Of a stretch of 64,000 nucleotides of DNA, positions 58,727 to 64,000 are shown piece by piece. How positions within the stretch are numbered: the first letter of the stretch is position 1; every line of letters starts with the position of its first letter. Source of the DNA: Yuukianura sp. NJ FZ-2021 (Eukaryota). The position numbers and the translations under genes are program-made. The notes under the pieces are model-generated. The model was given only the letters and a program-made list of their open reading frames with translations, was not told where the DNA came from and made no database searches. The DNA lies in contig CM102289.1 of assembly GCA_046563655.1 (NCBI GenBank), forward strand, positions 3,162,001-3,226,000. Reading direction: 5' to 3'.

Positions 58727-61700
58727 TTTTGATGTGAAACTAATACTTATTGTTGCAAAAATATGTAGTAAACAATTGGGTCAATAAAGCTTTCAAAATC
58801 TAATTAATTCCAACCCTATACTCGGAGTTTATAACTCATCAAACGGAGGGTTCCCTCGCACTTTTAAATTAATAACTAGTTTCTGAACCAACCTATTTTT
58901 TTTTTTCAAAATTGTTTCCCTCCGCATTTGTTATTAAAAAGCTCGCAATGAATTTTCAACTTTCATTTTTCTTTTAAAAACAAGAAATTCAACCGTAACA
59001 TTCCTGGAGGGTATTTGAATCTCCCGCGCCTTGGAAAATGAAATTAACTGAAATTCAAATATTTCCGCTTCTCTTTTCTCTTGGGAGCAAAAGACTGCAT
59101 GTTCCATTTTCACCAATAATTGATGCGCAGACTCAACAATAATTCATGTAACAATATGTCAGCATGATTTCAAATTCAAAAAAAGTAGAAAAGTTTTGTG
59201 TCTTGAAATGACATCTCCAGAGACGTCATTTCAAAAACAAAAATATAAAAGAAAAAGAAAGTCAGAACAAAAATCAAATTGGATTTTTTCTTTGTGTACG
59301 CACTACACGCAGGTTGTGCAGGTTCACATAATCGTTCCATATGTTGCACACAGTTGCACTCGAGAGGAACCAGCACAAGATGTGAACAAAAAAGAAATTG
59401 AGTCACAAGGAAAAGAAAAGAGGCTCCGCTTGTTGCGGAAATGAATACAAAGTAAGTTTTTGGCTGACAGAGCACACGACAGAGACGGGCAACAAGGATA
59501 GTAGTGCATAATTCCCTCTCCTTTTCTCTTTTTTCCATTTGATTGTGTCTCCATTGTAAGAAGGGAGAAAGGCGGGGGAAGAAGGGAGAAAGCAGGGATT
59601 GGCAAAATGAAAAAGACTCAAGTTGGAACACAAAGAGGAGAATTTTCAGAGATGGGCACAGAGGGAGAACGTGCGTAGCAGAGGGTGGAAGGAAATGGTG
59701 ATTGCGTAGTTTGAGACGAGAATAAATATGTATTTATGCATGAAATGATACTTTCACTTTCCAGAAATAATCCACTTTTGGAGAAAAGGAAGGAGAAAGT
59801 GCACAAAGAGAATCATAACTTTTAGTGCAGCCTCTTGTTTGTTTCCGGTGTTGCTTTTTTAACGTACTAGTTGAAATTGTTAAACAATTTTTTTAGGAAA
59901 GTTTGGAGAATATGTAAAAAAAAATCAAAAATACAAAAAAGTGAAAGTGGCTGCGGTTTTTTTTTCCTAAAATATTTTTTTTTTATTTAACACAGAACTG
60001 AAAAAAATAACCTAAATATTTTTTATATGTTTTTGTTTAAATAAAAACTGTATGTCAGTACGTTAATTCATTAATTTCCGATCTCCCGCTCTTTCTTTTT
60101 TCTCTTTTAAAATTGAAATGGAGACAAACAGAGAAGAGAAAGTTTTGTTCTCGGCCGTTGCTTTCCTCTCTCTTGGTTTTGGTACATTTACTTTTCAAAG
60201 TTTCTTTCCATGCAGTTAATTAAATGGGCGGGAAAAGTTGTAAGGTTTTGAGAACTAAAACTTTTTACTATGGTTCTACAGTTCACAGTTCTAAAGATCA
60301 ATAATAATCAGGAAAGTTGTGACAATTGCTTTTAGAAAAACCGGAAGTAAGAGTTGTTTTAAACTTTGAACAAGAACACTTTTTGAAAAAGTTTAAACTT
60401 CCAGAGACAGAACTTGGCGGATGCAATTTAGAACAAGGAATTTCTACCGCTTCGCATGTCATCTCCTTTTATCTTCCGCAAGTCAGAAGTAGGTCAAATG
60501 CTTTCGGTCACCAAAAACCTTTTGTGTTGTGAGCATACTTGGAACGACATTGTGTTTTGTCCGTACCGAAACATAACCGATCTAAAATTCGGTTTTTTAC
60601 CGCCAAACCCCAGCTTGTCAAGTTTGGAAATTTAGTTTTCAAAATTTTTGTATTAGTAGGGCTGTGTATAAAATTTATCGTAGCACCATATTTTGGAAAC
60701 ACCTTTTGATTTTTGAACTAAATAATTTTTTTTGAAGTTTCATACTTTCCTGACGTACCGGTTTGATATACCGTTTCGTACGGTTTGAAATATACTCTAA
60801 GTACTCAAGCACATGCGACATGCGGAAGAGTAGGAGCAAGATATTTTAGGTTCCCATAATGTGAAACAGAGGAAGGAAGGAAGGGCGCCATTATTCAAAA
60901 CATGTTCTAATTTTTTTGAAGCGTTCCGATTTCAAAAATCTCGCGCGCTTCCTCGCCATATGGTTGCTGTGCTCCCATTGCAGTCCAAACCATCATCATC
61001 ATCTTCATCATTCCCCTCGCAAATCTCAAGTTCTTCTGAGACTTTGCTCAAAAACTTAAGTTCCTAATCATACATGCATGGAATACGAAATTACGCTTTT
61101 TCAAAAGTTCTCTCCCTTCCAAAGTCCCTCGTTTCAAAAATTTCCTTTCTCCCGTTCCCCATGCGCACTGTCACCCAATTTCCAAAATGACTCTGTTTCC
61201 CGCTTCGCTCTTTTGTTTTAATGGTTCCTACTCGCCGTTTTTGATGAGTACTATAATTGTGTCTAATTCCAATTTCATTACACTAATCCACTTGTCTGTT
61301 CCATAAACTTCAATTATCCTGCTCATTCCCTCCTTCAAATGGTCCATAAATGTTTTACTTTAAGTGACTTCCAATTGTTTAATTGGAACACATTTTCAAA
61401 AAAGTTAATTTTTATTTTAGAAAAAGGCATAAAATTTTTTGAAATGGCTACCGCCAGCAGAATCAATGATGAGCGCCCTAAAACTAACAACTTTTAGCTT
61501 TGTCCGTAAAATCTTAAAAAACAGGAACAGGAAATGACTCTGTTTTTCAGAGTTGGGCATCGCACATTTTCCCTCGAGTATCATATGCATGTAGTCAAAC
61601 ACGCCTTTTGGTTAGGAAAATAGAACTCCTCTCCATTTTTCCATTAGTGGGCATAACACACCTATAAAAGAGAAAGTAGCCGTAATAAAACAAGTCATTT

Positions 61701-64000
61701 CCAGTTATGAACAGTGGGAGACCCTGAACACAGTTTAGTAACAGAGATGGGCACCGGGATTTGAACTCCGAATTTTATGAGGCAATGTCACCAAAAAAGC
61801 TACAAGCTTTTCGAATTTAAAATTTTCCCGGGCTCAGTTCTCAGAAACTCTCAGTTCCTGTCATTACTAGAACGAGAAAAAAAAGTTGTTGTAGGAAACA
61901 TTAGACGTTTTTTGGAAGATGTGACTAGGTTGCATAACGAGCAATGAATAAAAACAGGGCGGGAAATACAGCTTTTTTGAATTTTCCTGTACAAACAACA
62001 TGATCTGGGATGAGAGTGTAACGGTGTAAGGGGAGAAGGTTATGATAGAGATGGGATTTTAAGAAGGTTTTTTCAAAAACTTGTTGGCGGTAAAAGCAAA
62101 ATGTGGATGGATTTGAGTTTTTGAATTGAGCGCGCCCAAGGTTTTGGAATGTTTGAATTAATTCTGATCACGTTTTCAAATTGAGCCGGTTCTGCACCAC
62201 CAAAGTCTTTTCCGGCAGCGAGATGTTAAAGCCATGGATTGTTGTCCATTAGTGTTGAGAGGAAATGGCGGCATTTTTGATTCGTTGTGCAAATATGGCG
62301 GCAATTTTTGAAATTGTTCCAGGAAGGAACAAAATCTGAAGAACACAAAAAAAATTGAATCCAACTTTTCAAGCACATTACAAAATTATGCAAAAAAGTA
62401 AAAGGAACCTTGGAATTTCAAAACTGAAATGAAAATGTTACAAAATTATAATTTTTATGTCCAAACTGATTGCACAAAAGAAGACAACGCAACGCGAAAA
62501 ACTAAAGGAAATCAACGATCCGAAAAATCCGGGACAAAAACCCGGGTAATTTATTTTCTTACAAATTATGTGCAACCGTAACGCACCAGAAAAGCAATAG
62601 AGCGGAAGCCTTTTCCCTAGTTCTGAGGAAAAGGCAAGCCTTCTAGATTCATTGTAATGGAAAAGAAGGTGGGCGGGAAGGATTAAGGACAAGAGAAATG
62701 GAGGGAGCGGGAGATTCAAACTGTACAATAACAGCGACGGCGGCATTTTCTTTGGAACCGGGAGATTTTGAAAATTTTGTTCCTTTCCTTGTGTACGCTG
62801 TGTAACGTAACAGGAAGGAAGCAGGGACCCTTGGACCCTTATTTTTTTTTTGGTACCGCTATTGACTGCGAGAGAAGAAAAAAGAGCGGGAAAAAGGAAC
62901 AAAATATAAAATATGAAAAGAGAACTGAACCAATCTCTGCTGTCCAAAAGATGAAGATGAATGTCAAAACCCGGGTAGGGACAAAATCCGGGCTTTCAAA
63001 TCATAATTCCCTCTCTCCCTCGTACACAATACCCAACTATGGCCAACACTGCCACTATCACTATAGATGGACATGGAGTTTGGAAATGGACATGGAGATT
63101 AGAGATTCGAAATATTCTCCGTCGCGTTCGCTCCTCCATTACAATGATTTTCAATATCAAAGGTCAGTTCCAAATCCGATTTTTGTCACTGGAAAGATAA
63201 CACCCAATCTTCACCAGGCGGAACAAGGTTCCTTGACGATGAAAAATGAATTTGCTTTAACAGGTTGTGTACTACCTCGCTTGTTGGTAAAAAACTGGAC
63301 AAAAATTGTTGGTACCAATGTAAAATTTAAAAATTCTGTTTTTTTAATTGTTATGACTACGAATCCCCATGAAATGAAAGACACTCTTTCTCTCTCTCTG
63401 TCTTTTTTTGCAAAATCGAAAAAACATGAGTTATTACTCAACCTGTTGAAGAAAATCAAAGTCAACAAACCTTGAGGCGGACGAATTATACCCGGATTTT
63501 TCCCTGGGGCGTAAATTATGCCTCCCCCACTCTCAAACTTGTCAAAGGTGAGCCTGATGATTTGAATTTACTGTGTACGATTCCCGCTCTTTTTCTTCCA
63601 GCGTTCAATTTTATCCCCCCGTAACTCATCAGTTATGTCCGTGCACTTTTAGCATCCAAAAGTGAAAGTGAAAATGGGCTCGTTGGTCAAGTTGAAGGTG
63701 AAAGCAGAATCCTTTTAGTCTTCCCAATTCAAGATGCATTTGGAATTGGTTTCAGAGTGCAGGGCGGGACTTTTTTTTTTCAAAAAAAGGAAAAGGGCGC
63801 TTAAGTTCAAAATTGGTATTCTGGACGACTCTGGGGAAATGTGAAAGTTATACACGTTCCTTAGGACTTAGGAGCAGTGCATTAGGACAAAGTATGTGCA
63901 TGGAGAGAAAGTGGACAGGAGAGAGCAGCAGGAAGATGCAGTCACATTTTACAAATCCAATTTCCCCCGCCAAGCTCAAAATTCTTCCCGCACCGAAAAA

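Noticed and set aside
58900..64000. ORFs 59176-59631, 62438-62947 and 62768-63475
   Set aside because: Low-complexity F/L/K/S-rich translations of purine- or pyrimidine-skewed DNA, with mostly non-ATG starts and no domains. Treated as non-coding.

Overview
This is AT-rich eukaryotic (animal) DNA with short GT-AG introns. The gene content suggests an arthropod, possibly a springtail (inference). The flanks (about 1-12.9 kb and 58.8-64 kb) appear non-coding. The core, from left to right, holds: a minus-strand tandem array of UDP-glycosyltransferases (one intact, one with a single frameshift, two remnants); a ZAD-like/C2H2 zinc-finger gene; a 14-exon, ~2057-aa fatty-acid-synthase-like megasynthase; four tandem gustatory-receptor-like membrane genes, co-duplicated with fragments of the next gene; and an intact acyl-CoA desaturase. 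The synthase keeps KS, AT, DH, KR and ACP motifs but has a degenerate ER and no thioesterase, so it looks like an animal FAS-like polyketide synthase. The best candidate for a novel system is an animal biosynthetic gene cluster (synthase + UGTs + desaturase), possibly linked to chemoreceptors. Three apparently young transposons sit inside cluster genes: a Ty3/Gypsy deletion derivative in a synthase exon, a LINE in a receptor intron, and a PIF/Harbinger element in a receptor exon. Exon coordinates were read by hand and may be off by a few bases.
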